Source of the DNA: Eledone cirrhosa
Lineage: Eukaryota
Reading direction: 5' to 3'
DNA: 64,000 nt
Assembly (NCBI GenBank): GCA_964016885.1
Contig: OZ024742.1
Location: 101,742,001 to 101,806,000, forward strand
Part shown: positions 23,660 to 36,514 of the stretch, in pieces
Layout: every line of letters starts with the position of its first letter
Numbering within the stretch: the first letter of the stretch is position 1
The notes under the pieces: model-generated
Told to the model about the DNA's origin: nothing
Seen by the model: the letters and a program-made list of their open reading frames with translations, nothing else
Database searches by the model: none
Translations under genes and position numbers: made by a program

Positions 23660-24880
23660 ACAAGGAATGAACGTAATAGAATCAAATTCCGTTGTCACTG
23701 CTTCCGTCTCTCTCGCTCTCCCCATAACTCACTACTATTATAAGCATATGGGGCTCCACGCGCTGGCCGTCTTGCGGCCCCGGCGGACAGAATAGAGAAG
23801 GCTTATCCGCGGAGGGTGGTGAGGGTGACGCGTTGGAAGAACCATTCCAGCTCGTGGGGCTCATACTGCGGGTAGCCAACTCGGTGCCGATGGTGGTGAG
23901 TAGGGAGGTAGTCCTAGGGCCAGAGGTCTCCACTGTTACGGGCTCTACCGCAAACCAATGGATTAGTCGCAGACGGCACCAGGTTGCCGCTAGAGAATGT
24001 GTTGCTGCATGTGGCATCCTAGATGAATGTTTACTAACACGGAACAGGAAGATGGTCAAGCCGTTTGGCCTTTTGCCGTCCCCTCGGCTCGAGCTGAGAG
24101 GGAAAGCCTGTTCATGAGCTGGTGGAGCCTGGACCTGATGGTAGAGCAGATGGCCTCTTTTGGGGTCACCTGCACCTGGCAGAGAATGGATCACATGTCC
24201 AAGACAGCAGCTGCAAAGCCTTCTGCGTCGTGGTTGATATTCACCACCTCCAACGTGGATGAATTGACCTCGAGGCCGATTCTAGCCAGAGCAGGAACCA
24301 CCAATTGCAGATCATGGTAAACAGTCTCGACAGGCCAGCCCAACGGGGCATCATCCAGGTGCTAAATGTTGACGGGGTCGTGATGTTCTGAATGATGTCT
24401 ATCCCGAGAGCAAAGAGGAGGGGGCGCAAAGGGTCACCCTATTGAACCCCTAGTGGCTGTAGGTGTGGCTGTATCAGCAGCAAGGAGCATGCTCGAGGCT
24501 CCATACGACAGGTAGGCCAGTGGGTAAGCAGAGGGAAATCAGCTGAAGCAGACCTTGAGCAGATGGTCATGGCATAGGCAGTTAAAGGCATTCCTCGTGT
24601 CAAGCTTGACGTTGAGGTGCCTGGTGGGCAGCTGTTGAAGAACTGCCTAGCTGCATGTATGGCCCCTTCACACCCACCGGACATGCCGACCCCTAGTTGC
24701 TCCTTGCCCAGTTCAGGTATGATGGACCTGTAGACCACCTTAGCAGCCAGCCTCCAGAAGACATTGCTCCCCACAGCGATAGGGTGTATACCACCCTCTT
24801 TCTTCCTGAGAGCGGTCAGGCTGGCCGAAAAGTAGAGGCCTCGGGCATAAGGGTCCAGGGCACCATGGATAAACATATGT
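23660..24880 (-). mobile_element. CRE-clade non-LTR retrotransposon remnant (RT N-terminal half joined to the RLE domain; internal deletion)
   Basis: LTALRKKEGGIHPIAVG, QLGVGMSGGCEGAIHAAR and LDD RT motifs; RLE motifs DGKRPNGLT and PVTVETSG. Confidence 0.85.
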
Positions 24881-25559
24881 GAAAGCATATATAGTAAGGT
24901 GATGTTTTCTAATTTAGGCACAAAGCCAGCAATTTGTAGGGAGATGAAGGTCGATTAAATCGACTCAGTACTTGACAGGTTCTTTATTTCATCAACTACG
25001 GAAAGATGAAAGAGAAAGTTGAAAATGGTTTCAAATTTGAGGAAAAGACAAAGTTGATTAAATCAATCCCAGTTCTTGACTTCAGCGGGATTTGTACTGA
25101 GAATGGAAAGAGCCTGAACATATAAGGCAATGGTATTTTATCTGACGCTCTACAAATCTGGCATATATTTAAATCTTGCTATGGTTATTTCAAGCTGTGA
25201 TCATGTCACAGCTACCTCAGCAATGGTGTGAGAATGGCAAATACTGTATTTCAGGATTTATTAATCCATCATCAGTGATGTTTACTCACTCGTATAGTAA
25301 TTCCTTTGCGTTTAGTGCCTATATTCTCTGTTTATGATACTATTGGTCTATGACAAGGTATATGGCTGATGATCGTAAAGTCATGAGTTATAAACCGTTT
25401 GACCTGTCTAACCTCAGAATGTAACAACCCATCCTACCCATGCCAGTATGAAACATGAACAGAAAACAATGATGATGATTATAATGGTGAAGATGATGAT
25501 TTCTGTCCTGAAAGGAAAATGTTAAATCGTTCATAAGAAACCATTTCACTGTAATTTAA

Positions 25560-26165
25560 CACTCAGCTGGATAGAGACTACTTGCCCATTGGTGTTTCCC
25601 TAAGGCTCAGACTTGGATCTGTGAGCCTCAAATGCTGTTGCAGATCCACTGTGGCTTCTTTTGGTTTCCACCCACTGCCATACTGTTATAGTGCTGGCTG
25701 CTTCACATACCATTCTGTTCTCAATGAGATTGTAAAGCATGGCCTTGACAGCACAGGCTTCCTCTCCCAGCTCAAGCCAGTGGGGTTGGACCAACAGGAT
25801 CCTAAGAGGCCAGATGGCATAACAATCTTCCTGTTCCGTGAGAGTGGGCCCCTCATTTGGGATGCCATATGTTGTAACACCTTCTCTAACAGCAACCTGA
25901 TGCATTTAGTAATCAGCCTAGGCTTCTCTGCTAGCCAGGCCAAAGAAAGCAAACTGACCAAGTATCAGCCACACTCTGATAGGTTTGTAGTTGAACCTAT
26001 AGCTGTGGAGACTTCCGTCATTCTTGGCCCCACGGACCACATCCTTGTTCACTGCTATTGGAGCAGAGTTGGTTACCCACAAGTGTATGCCACTTGAGGT
26101 GGAGTGACTTTTCCAGTGCATCTCCCTCACCAGGCAATAACTTCTCCATCTTATCGGCTGAGACC
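25560..26165 (+). mobile_element. CRE-clade RLE-domain fragment
   Basis: CCC...H zinc-knuckle region, KRPDGITI, LIWDAIC, KLTKY, PIAVETS. Confidence 0.85.
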
Positions 26166-26339
26166 ACAAGGCAGACAGATCTGTAAGTTTATGGTGATGG
26201 CATGTGGAATATATTTACTAACAGTTTATTATACACAAGAGAAATAAATCAACGAACACACTACAAACATTTATTGTTTAACTTCCGCTAACAAAGACTA
26301 ACATCAGAATTTTTGCATACCAAATATTTCTTTTTTTCT

Positions 26340-26417
26340 TCTACTACTATTACTACTACTACTACCACCACCACCACCACCACCACCACCACTACTACTA
26401 CTACTACCACCACCACC

Positions 26418-26461
<44 letters not shown>

Positions 26462-26490
26462 CAATACCCCCCCCCCACCACCACCACCAT
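26340..26490. repeat. (ACT/ACC)n trinucleotide microsatellite
   Basis: Direct inspection. Confidence 0.95.
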
Positions 26491-26491
26491 G

Positions 26492-26700
26492 GTAATTAAT
26501 ATAATTCTCAGGGAGATTCAGCATGATGCAGTGAATGGGAAAGCTGACACTTTGCATTACAAGTACAACTTACTTTTTCCAGCTGAGTGGACTGGAGCAA
26601 TGTGAAATAAAATGACTTGCTCAAGGACACAACACACCACTTGGAATTGAACTCATGACTTAACAATTATGGTTTAAATGCCCCTAACCACTACGTCATG
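26492..26700 (-). mobile_element. tRNA-derived SINE family B (CORE-like centre); other copies ~46988-47230(+), 48020-48255(-), 56065-56345(+), 61225-61390(+)
   Basis: Reverse complement gives GTGGTTAGG...GAGTTCAATTCC followed by TGTGTCCTTGAGCAAGTCATTTTATTTCACATTGCTCCAGTCCACTCAGCTGG. Confidence 0.7.
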
Positions 26701-28139
26701 CACTTCATATTTAGGCCTATACCAGTGTGTGACAGGGCCCTTTGAATTACAGGTACAGCCCAACCAACAGACTTCCAAACAGTTTCTGTCTACCCAGTTT
26801 CATTCTCAAGGCCTGGGTTTACCTGAGGCTATGGTAAATGACACTTGCCCAAGATACCACACAGTAGTATCAAATCCAGGACCTAATGATTACAAAGCAA
26901 ATTTTTAAACTATTCCTGAAATTAATGTGTAAGTGACTGAGCATTCTGCAGGCACATGTATCGTTAACATAATTTTCAGGAAGATTCAATATGACACAGT
27001 GTGTGACAAGGCTAGCCTTTTGAATTACAGGTATATTTCATCCAACAGGCTTCCAAACAGTTTCTGTCTACCCAATTTCATTCAGTCATGGTTTGACTCA
27101 TGACTGTGGATTACAAACAACACATACCCAAGATGCCATACAGTAGGATTGAATGAAGGATATAAGATTGTAATGTGTGCTTCTTAACCATTCGGTCATG
27201 CCTGCATCTACACACAATCACAAAAACTCATGTACACATAACACTTGATTATTATTCAACTTCCCAGATACTGTACTAGTTTGACAAACTCTGTTTACTC
27301 TGAATTCAATCTATTATGCACCTTGTCTGTTGCCTTTGTAGCATGCAATTCTATACAAACAGTATGCAATTAACTAGTTGCATATCACCTGCACCAGCAT
27401 ACTCATCTCATCACTTTTCTTTTCTTTCTCCCTTTACCAAGTGCCACACTAACCACTTTCCTAACCACACCCCGCTCTCTCTCTTCCCCTCTCTTTCTCT
27501 TTTTCTCCTCAGAACGTCATTCCTCCAGAATTCAAAATTCCCCCCAGTTCATGTTGACTCACAGATGTTCTGAAAACAACCATATCAATCTCACCAGACA
27601 ACGAGAGAGAAAACTGGAAGATCTCAGATCTTGGTACAGCATGGTACAAGATGAAGTACATTTTAATAACAACATAAAATACTTTGTTGCTAATCTGCAA
27701 TGAATAGTGTGTATTTTTGTGCCTGTTTGTTGTATGTAGATGTGTGTGCATGTGTGTTTATGTATTTGTGTGTTGTGTGTGTGTGAGATCTTGGTATAAT
27801 ATGTTACAGGATGAAGTACACTTTAATAACAACACAAATTTACAATAAATACTTTGTTGCTAGTCTACAATGTGTGTATGTATTGTATGTGTTTGTTGCG
27901 GGTTTTATGTGTTTGCTGTCTGTGTGCATCTACTGTGTGTGTGTGTGTGTGTGTGTGTACATCTGTTGTGTCCATCGTATGTGTGTGTACATCTGTTGTA
28001 TCCATTGTGGGTATGTGTACGTATACTCTAAAGTTCAGTGAGGTATGGCCTTCCTGACACCAACCCTTTTAGTCATTTCTTACAACATGTAGGGATACAG
28101 TGTAGCTATTCTAAACTGAATACATACAAATTATATATA

Positions 28140-28695
28140 TATTGTGAAAAGGTTGTATTGGAGAGACAACAAAAAGCACCCAGCTCACACTGTAAAGTGG
28201 TTGTGTTGGAGAGACAACAAAAAGCACGCAACTCAAACCGTAGAGTGGTTGTGTTGGAGAGACAACAAAAAGCACGCAACTCAAACCATAAAGTGGTTGT
28301 GTTGGAGAGACAACAAAAAGCACCAAGCTCACATTGTAAAGTGGTTCTGTTGGTGACATGACAAAAAGCGCCCAGCTCACACTGTAAAGTGGTTGTGTTG
28401 GAGAAACAACAAAAAGCACTCAGCCCACACTGTAAAGTGGTTGTGTTGGTGACATAACGAAAGGTGACCAGTAAACACTGTAAAGTGGTTGTGTTGGTGA
28501 CATGAAAAAAGGCACCCAGTCTACACTGTAAATGTGGTTGGTGTTAGGAATGGCATCCAGCTGTAGAAACCAAGCTAGAGACAGTTCTGTGTGCGTAAGA
28601 CACGGTCATCTGATCTGACTTGTTTCACAACGAGACAACCCGTCTAACCCATGCTAGTGTGAAAAATGGATGTTAAACGGTGATGATAATGATAT
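28140..28695 (+). mobile_element. RTE 3'UTR-derived element with ~9 internal 42-bp units
   Basis: Tandem CACACTGTAAAGTGGTTGTGTTGGAGAGACAACAAAAAGCACCCAGCT-like units, then GGTGTTAGGAATGGCATCCAGC and the CCATGCTAG...GTTAAACGGTGATGAT tail. Confidence 0.85.
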
Positions 28696-30589
28696 ATGCA
28701 TATGAATTTTTATTAAACTACTACAAATGTGACATTTCATGACATGTTTCATTGCTGGAAGTTTATTTTTGTTTTTTGATTTTTGCTTAGGAATCTAATT
28801 CAAATCCTCAGGTGATTTCATATTTGAAACACAGGTCTCACGTGAGAAAATGATTCCAGGCTTTTGTTAACTCCACTTAGTATATCAGAGTATATGCAAT
28901 TTCCCATACACAATCACACACATGCCTACATATATATATAGAAGGGCGAATGACTGTTAAATGATGATACATCTGTCTACATACAAACAGCACACTTATA
29001 TAAAATGACACACATACAGGTATTTAATTGTGCATGCATACTAGCTTACAATGGACGGTGGTTCATAAGAAAATAGAATATGTGAGGAAGGCTAAGCTGT
29101 AAGTTCATGTTAGCTGTGATGATAATTATAGGGTTCTATAGATGAAAAATGATTAGTAGGTGGAAGATCATTGCTGGTGTAGGGTTATAAAGCAATATGA
29201 AAAGTCAGCCCAGGTAATATTTAATGTTAGTTGTAGTGGTCTGAAAGATAATAAAATGAATATGAGAGTTATGGAAGTGTAGTGAAAAAAGTACTTACAG
29301 GAAAGGTGTGGGGATTATTGAGTTTGGTTGAAGTTTTGTAGATGAATAGTGATCTATAAGTAGAAAGCCATTGTAAGTGTAGATTTATGAGAAGGTCTGC
29401 ATGTATGTTGCAGTTGACAGAGCTTCCATTACAGTTTGGGGACTGGAGGGGCTTAAGTATATATATTATACATATGTAATATTATTAGCACACGCTTTTT
29501 TTTTATCACCAATATGTGACTAAGAAAGAAATTATAAACATGATCATACTAACATATTTAGAGTCAATAGAAAATCAGTGTAGGAAAAGCCAAAGCACAA
29601 GTATATTGAAACAAGTTATTTTCCACATTATTGGAGGGGCTTAAAGCCACAAAAGCCCCTTAGCACCAGAAGGCTTGGTTGAGACTTAGAAAACCTGAGC
29701 TAGGTTATGGTTATGAGTGGCCAGTCATAGAGCTAGGAGGTTATCCCAATTCAGGTGGGATTTTTCCTTTCTTTTAGATTGAATTTGCATAAGTTATATT
29801 CTTTTTTGATGAGGTGTGCCAGGTAAAAAAATTAATAGCCAGTGCATGGAAGATGAACAACTTTTTGTTAAGTCTAAGGTACAAATTATTATCCAGTGGA
29901 TTAACACATCAGAATCTTATCCTTGTGTATCATATGTAAGAAGATTTGAATAAATGCAATTATGAAAACAATTCTACCACTTCTGTAATAATTGTTTCTA
30001 CTTTTGGCACAAGGCCAGCAATTACCCAGTGCATTACTGGTACTTTATTTTATCGACCCCCGTAAGGATGAAAGGCAAAGTTAACCTCGGTGGGATTTGA
30101 ACTCAGAATGGCAAGGGCCGTAACTCTGCGTCAAAGCATGGCGTCCGACCCTCTACCGATACTGCCAATCCACTGTAATAATTGTTTCTACTTTTGGCAC
30201 AAGGCCAGCAATTACCCAGTACATTACTGATTCTCTGATTACTATATATATACACACACATACCTAATAATGATGGGCGCAAAAATATATATGAAATACC
30301 ATAGTAGAGATTAATGTCTTGTCTGATGACCCTTTCAGTACACGGCAGAAACATGAAAGTAACAAGACTGAAACTTAGCAGTAATAAGGAATACATAAAT
30401 ATATCTATCTGTCTAGGATGGGTAAAATTTCCAAGATCCCTGGACGAGTTCTTTGCAGCAGTCTTTGTCCCTCATCATCGCTGCTATGTCCTGCGTCTCC
30501 AAGAGACCTGTGTCTGTTCTTAGGGAATCAACATGTCAACCTCTGTCTCCCTTTTCTAGTGTGTCCATGCAGGGGCTCCCACAGGAACA

Positions 30590-30820
30590 CTGAAGGCAAT
30601 GTCAACTGTGTTGTTGTACGGGTCTGAGACTTGGACACTGACCAAGAAACTCACTCAGATGGTGGATGGGTGCAACACGAGAATGCTGAGGATGGCTCTG
30701 AACATTAATCAGTATACACTGAGGAGGAAGAACTCAGAGCTGTACGGAAGCCTCCCAAAAGTCAGCTCGAAAGTAACACAAAGGAGTCTGAGGTTAGCTG
30801 GACATGCTCACCAACATTCA
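30590..30820 (+). mobile_element. LINE ORF2 C-terminal fragment from a different RTE-group family
   Basis: VLLYGSETWTLT...DGCNTRMLRMALNI...ELYGSLPKVS...LRLAGH. Confidence 0.75.
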
Positions 30821-30889
30821 GAATATATATATAAATATATATATATATATGTGTGTGTGTATGTATATATGCATGTATATATATATATG

Positions 30890-30967
30890 GTATATAGAGA
30901 AGAAAACACAAAAGGGAATGTTTTCAATTACGAAAACATGCCCTTTTGTGTTTTCTTCTCTATATAC
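30890..30967. repeat. 36-bp-arm inverted repeat (one mismatch, 6-nt loop)
   Basis: GTATATAGAGAAGAAAACACAAAAGGGAATGTTTTC-aattac-GAAAACATGCCCTTTTGTGTTTTCTTCTCTATATAC. Confidence 0.9.
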
Positions 30968-32993
30968 TGTATTATGAAGGGCCTGGTACTTATTCCTTGA
31001 GCTCATTAAATTACAAGGGATTAACGCAAGTTTTTAAAATCTGTTTTTTCGTTTGATATATATTTGTATATTTGCGTAGATGCATATATAAATAATAATT
31101 TATGCTACTTAAGTATATTAGTTACATGTTGAGTTGTAAATAACCTCATTGGATATTATAATGCATTATATTTCATGCTGATAAAATAAACAATTGTCGA
31201 ATGTATATTTGCTTTAGCTACTGAATTCTCTCCTAGATATTTGGGTGGTTTTATTTTTAAGTTTATGTATATCCTGTCTCATTTGGGAATATTATTAATG
31301 AGAAAAGTGAAACAAACAAATGTAATAGGAATAGGAAATCTCTTGGAAAGATAATTGCTTGATATTTATTATACACAATATAATGTATACTGTTTCAACT
31401 TTCAATTGCTTGAAAAATCGGTAATGGGAAATTCAGAATTATGATAGAAAAGACATCCAGCCATAGAAATCTTGCCAAACAAAGGGTTAGGAGGACCCTC
31501 AGTTGTGTAAAGGACATGACAACCTCTCTTGTGTTTGGTGATCTACATGATAAATGCACCCAGTACCTGCTATAAAGTGGTTGGTAATAGGAAGGCCATC
31601 CAGCCATAAAAATCTTGCCAAAGGGTTGGGAGGACCTTCAGTTGTGTCAAAGACATGACAACCTCGTCTGTGCACTTGGTGGAACATGAGACCATACATA
31701 AGCAAGACATGGATCCCTGGTCTGCCTGGGAGATCACTAGCTCCACTTCAGTACTGACTTGGTCTATGTAGACACATCCAACCCTTGCTAGCAGGAAAAG
31801 CTGATGTTAAAACACTGATGATGATGATGATGATTCAAGAAGCTGCAACTTTTAATAAAATGTAGACATCTGCAGCTTTTAATAAAATGCTAGGCATCTG
31901 TATTCATGCCATGATAAAATGTTGAGAAAACTAGGTGCATTTTATGTATATAGTTGGTTGGTGTGTAAGATTAAGTGACTAATGGTTATTGGTAGATGTA
32001 GCATGCAGTATGTTAGTAATAAGCAAACAGAAATTAGGTATCAATTTAGCATCTTATACATATATTGTTCACAGTATAAGGAGCTTATTGATTCCAGAGT
32101 CAGACCCAATCCTACCATGAGCTGATTGATTGTGAACCTCGCATCATGTCTGAATACTAAAAACAACAAAATACTAAACCTTAACACTTGTCTGATGACA
32201 ACCCATCAAAGGATTATTATGTTATCCCTTTGATGTCTTTGAAATGCACATAACAGGGTTATATAATAAACAGAGGATATATACATAAAACCGTTTCTCT
32301 TCTTTATAATATATAATTAAAATTTAGCTTCAACATAGCTGTAAACATATATGAATGTGAATATTGTAAATCTAAAGATATATCGTATGTTTAATAAATA
32401 AACATTTTGAAAGCCCAGCTATAAATATTGAAAAGTCAATGGCCGGTGCCATCTAGCAGATTTTATATATATATATACAGACATACATGCATGCACATAT
32501 ACATACATACATTCATATATGCATACATACATGCATACATACATTCATGTATGCATGCATACATACATACATAAAAACATACACACACACATAAAAAATT
32601 GTATATTAGAGAGAAAACTAACGACTTAGGACCACCCCTGATTGTCATGTTATGTATAATATATGAGATAACTGTAAGATATCAAAAAGATAGGTGGAGC
32701 AGTGGAAATTAGGAAGAACGGAATGGTTGTCTGCATTAAAGATGACAGGTAGCAACTTAGCAAGACTTATAGTGTTGAAATAAAATGTCTGAGTTTGTAA
32801 AAAAATTTTTGATATGCCTGCAAATCTGCTTCACTACTTCAATCCCTTGCATAATTAGTAATGTGAAACTGAGTTACAATTCATGAAGCTTCAGCTTCTA
32901 ATAAATTATACATACTATGTATTGTATGTACTAACTTCCCTTTTCTTTCCCCATATCTCTTAAACATAAATGTTCATCAATCCATATGTCTGC

Positions 32994-33069
<76 letters not shown>

Positions 33070-33214
33070 ACAAGCAGGGAAAAGCGGACGTAAAATGACG
33101 ATGATGATGATGATGATGATTATGCCTTAGATGAAACACTGTGTAAGGAGTAAATTTTGTTTTTAAATGTATTGCATTCTCCTCCATTTATTTTTGTATA
33201 TATATATGTATGTA

Positions 33215-33345
33215 AAAGTAAACAGAAATAACAACACACTCGGTACAGTATATGGAAGGGATATATTAGGTTAACACTTGATATAGCAGGAAGAGGGTCT
33301 TAACGTTTTGGACGCTAATTCTTCATCAGAAGAAAGAATGAGAAT
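33215..33345 (-). mobile_element. Penelope-like pseudo-LTR fragment; inverted homolog of 36995-37125, with a degenerate hammerhead core
   Basis: Reverse complement TTCTGATGAAGAATTAGCGTCCAAAACGTTAAGACCCTCTTCCTGCTATATCAAG... aligns with the sequence from 37007 onward. Confidence 0.7.
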
Positions 33346-33812
33346 TAAATACAAATTAAATACAAAATTAAATACAAAAAGTTTCAGTTCCAAACAAAAA
33401 CAAACTATATATTTTTGAAAAATAGACGTGAATGTTCTCCAAGACTTGATTCAGTTGATAAAGCTTTTTTTTTAAATTCTATATTTCACTGTTAGCTGTT
33501 GCAATATTTTGATTGGATAGACAATTGTATAATTCAAACTGTAAAGTCAAAATACCAAGGATGCAAAATATGAAGAAATTCTTACCTTTCTCTGGAATCA
33601 CCAACTCAAGGGGAAAATAGTACCTTGCAAAATAAAATACCTCCATCACAAACTTAGTTGCAACAAATAAATTGAGGTGCTTGGTGACAGTGAACAAACA
33701 ATATCTGTATCCCTTATATATCATCATCATCATCATTTTATATATATATATAAGAACAAAAGATTGTTAAAAGAGTTCCATGTATTTTATTATGCGCATT
33801 TCATATATATAT

Positions 33813-33864
<52 letters not shown>

Positions 33865-33883
33865 ATGATGATGATGATGATGA

Positions 33884-33950
<67 letters not shown>

Positions 33951-34087
33951 CACATAGATACACACACACAAACTTGTGTGTGTGTATGTGTGTGCCTTAT
34001 TTTTGGTACAGAAAGAATTTTGACTCCAGTTTTTATTGCCAGGTCAAAGGCCACTCCTCTTTTCAACGTCAAATATATATATATATA

Positions 34088-34127
<40 letters not shown>

Positions 34128-34130
<3 letters not shown>

Positions 34131-34521
34131 CACCTCTCAAAGACAATGACACACGACCGTGACTTCTGGCGTCAAGCAGTAATACAGGGTACCCGACCTC
34201 CCATGGGTACATGCTGAAGCATATAAACAATATGCCCCCACTCCCCCCACCGCAAGGTGGTCGTGGAGGTGCCACGGCAAAAAAGCACCCAGCCCACACT
34301 GTAAAGTGGACGTGTAGGCGCCACGAAAAAGCACCCAGCACTCACTGTAAATGAGGTTGGTGTTAGGAAGGGCATCCAGCTGTAGAAATCAAGCCAGATC
34401 AGTTCCTGTATGAGCAAGGCATGGTCAGCCGACCAGACACTGCCCACAACAGGACAACCCGTCTAACCCATGCTAGCGTGGACGAACGGACGTAAAACGG
34501 TGATGATGATGATGATGATGA
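34128..34521 (+). mobile_element. RTE 3' fragment
   Basis: [18 protein letters not shown]2 terminus, 3'UTR and (GAT)n tail. Confidence 0.85.
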
Positions 34522-34535
34522 TATATATATATATG

Positions 34536-34850
34536 AAGAAAAAGAGATGAAATCGAAAATGCAACTGGAGTCTTATTTTTAAAAAAAATATATATATTTA
34601 TTTGGTTCCTTTACCGGTTTCGCAGTTCTTCTGCTTTTCAATGTGAGAAAAACCACAGACCCTCCATCTCAACTCACCTTTTGAAAAGCAGAAGAACTGC
34701 GAAACCGGTAAAGGAACCAAAGAAAAATATATATTTTTTTTAAAAATAAGACTCCAGTTGCATTTTCGATTTCATCTCTTTTTCTTTATACTTTCACTCG
34801 TGTAGGACACCTCGGTTATTTTTCATTTTGTAAAAAAAACCTCACTTTCT
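34536..34850 (+). mobile_element. Penelope-like inverted pseudo-LTR pair (~105-bp arms, 39-nt spacer) with a variant hammerhead motif
   Basis: Arms 34536-34641 and 34681-34786 are near-perfect reverse complements; CCTT-TTGAAAA-GCAG.aagaa.CTGC-GAAAC.CG.GTA-AAGG at 34677-34714. Confidence 0.7.
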
Positions 34851-34851
34851 A

Positions 34852-34889
<38 letters not shown>

Positions 34890-35534
34890 GAAGAGAGAGA
34901 GAGAGGAAGGGACAGAGAGAGTAAGAAATGCGTGTGTGTTTGGTACACGTCTATCTATCTATCTATTTATCTATCTCTCCAACAGGGGGCACAAACATGC
35001 GGCCTGCGAACTACTTTTCTATGGCCTGTGGTAGAAGCAATATTTCAGATTGCATTATAACTGGTGAAAATAAGGCGGCGAGCTGGTGGAATTGTTAGCA
35101 CATCTGGCGAAATGCTTAGCGGTACTTCTTACGCTTTTGCATTCTGAGTTCAAATTCCGGCGATCTCAACTTTGCCTTTCATCCTTTTGGGGTCGATAAA
35201 TTAAGTACCAGTTATGTACTGAGATCAATGTAATCAACGGGACCCTAAACCCCAAATTTCATGCCTTGTGCCTATAGTAGAAATGATCATAACTTGTGAA
35301 AATCATCACCCACCACCATGTTTGGACCACTGTGCCTCTCCTCCAGGACGTAATGGCCCTTTTGTGTCCGTGAGTTTTAGATCCCTCTCCACACACACAG
35401 ACACATATATATATATATACACTTTACTTTTTTTCTGTCTCTGGACTACGCCCATGCTGCAGCATCACCTTGGTAAGTTATGGGGACGTCAACAAACCAA
35501 CAAGCATTGCTGAGAGGGCAAACACAAACTCATA

Positions 35535-35662
35535 TATACATATATACGTCAAACATATATACATATATACGTCAGACATATATACATATATACGTCAGAC
35601 ATATATACATATATACGTCAGACATATATACATATATACGTCAGACATATATACATATATAC
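35535..35662. repeat. 22-bp minisatellite (ATATATACATATATACGTCAGAC-like), ~5-6 units
   Basis: Direct inspection. Confidence 0.85.
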
Positions 35663-35804
35663 GATGAGCTTCTTTTAGTTTCGGTCTATCAAATCCACTC
35701 ACAGGGCTTTGGTTGGCCCGGGCAGTGGGACTGAACCTGGAAACATGTGGTTGGGAAGCAAGCTTCTTGTCACACTGTGCATATATATATATATATGTAT
35801 ATAT

Positions 35805-36514
35805 ATATAAGTATGTACACGTACATACATATATGTATACAGATGTACAGTAGTATGTATATATATATACATACACGCACACATATATATATGTACGTAT
35901 GGATTGTTTACAAACACACCAAGCATTATAATAAATGTTCGGTGAATCCATACGTACATATATATATGTGTGCATGTATGTATATATATACATACTACTG
36001 TACGTCTGTATACATATATGTATGTACGTGTACATACTTATATTTAAGTAACAGCCGTACTAAGAGTGGGAAATGAAATTTCGTTTCATTTTTTCCGTTT
36101 ATCGTTTTCGGTGCACCCGGCCAATTAACTCACTCGATATGCAAATTCGGCTACTCAGCCGTTAATATGCATAAGGTAAGTATATACGTTCAACAATCTG
36201 GCAGGAAGGTATACGTTGCTGACGATAGCTAATAAGCTTGAAACTAGTACAGCGTTCCTATGACAGTGTTAAACAAACGAGCAGCGATGGTTGCTAGACA
36301 CTACGGCTTAATACGGGATGTTTGTTTATAAACACACCGAGCATTACAATAAATGTTCGGTGAATCCATACGTACATATATATATGTGTGCGTGTATGTA
36401 TATATATATACATACTACTGTACGTCTGTATACATATATGTATGTACGTGTACATACTTATATTTAAGTAACAGCCGTACTAAGAGTGGGAAATGAAATT
36501 TCGTTTCATTTTTT
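35805..36514 (+). mobile_element. ~420-bp hammerhead-containing partial-tandem element with an inverted left arm (Penelope pLTR or retrozyme-like)
   Basis: Direct repeats ~35904-36094 and ~36322-36514 (period 418-420); inverted arm 35805-35905 pairs with 35945-36043; hammerhead at 36203-36259. Confidence 0.7.
36203..36259 (+). ncRNA. Type I hammerhead ribozyme motif
   Basis: Stem I ACGTTG/CAGCGT extended by AGGA/TCCT; core CTGACGA; stem II AGCT-AATA-AGCT; GAAAC; palindromic short stem III (ACTAGT); GTA cleavage triplet ending at 36249. Confidence 0.78.
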
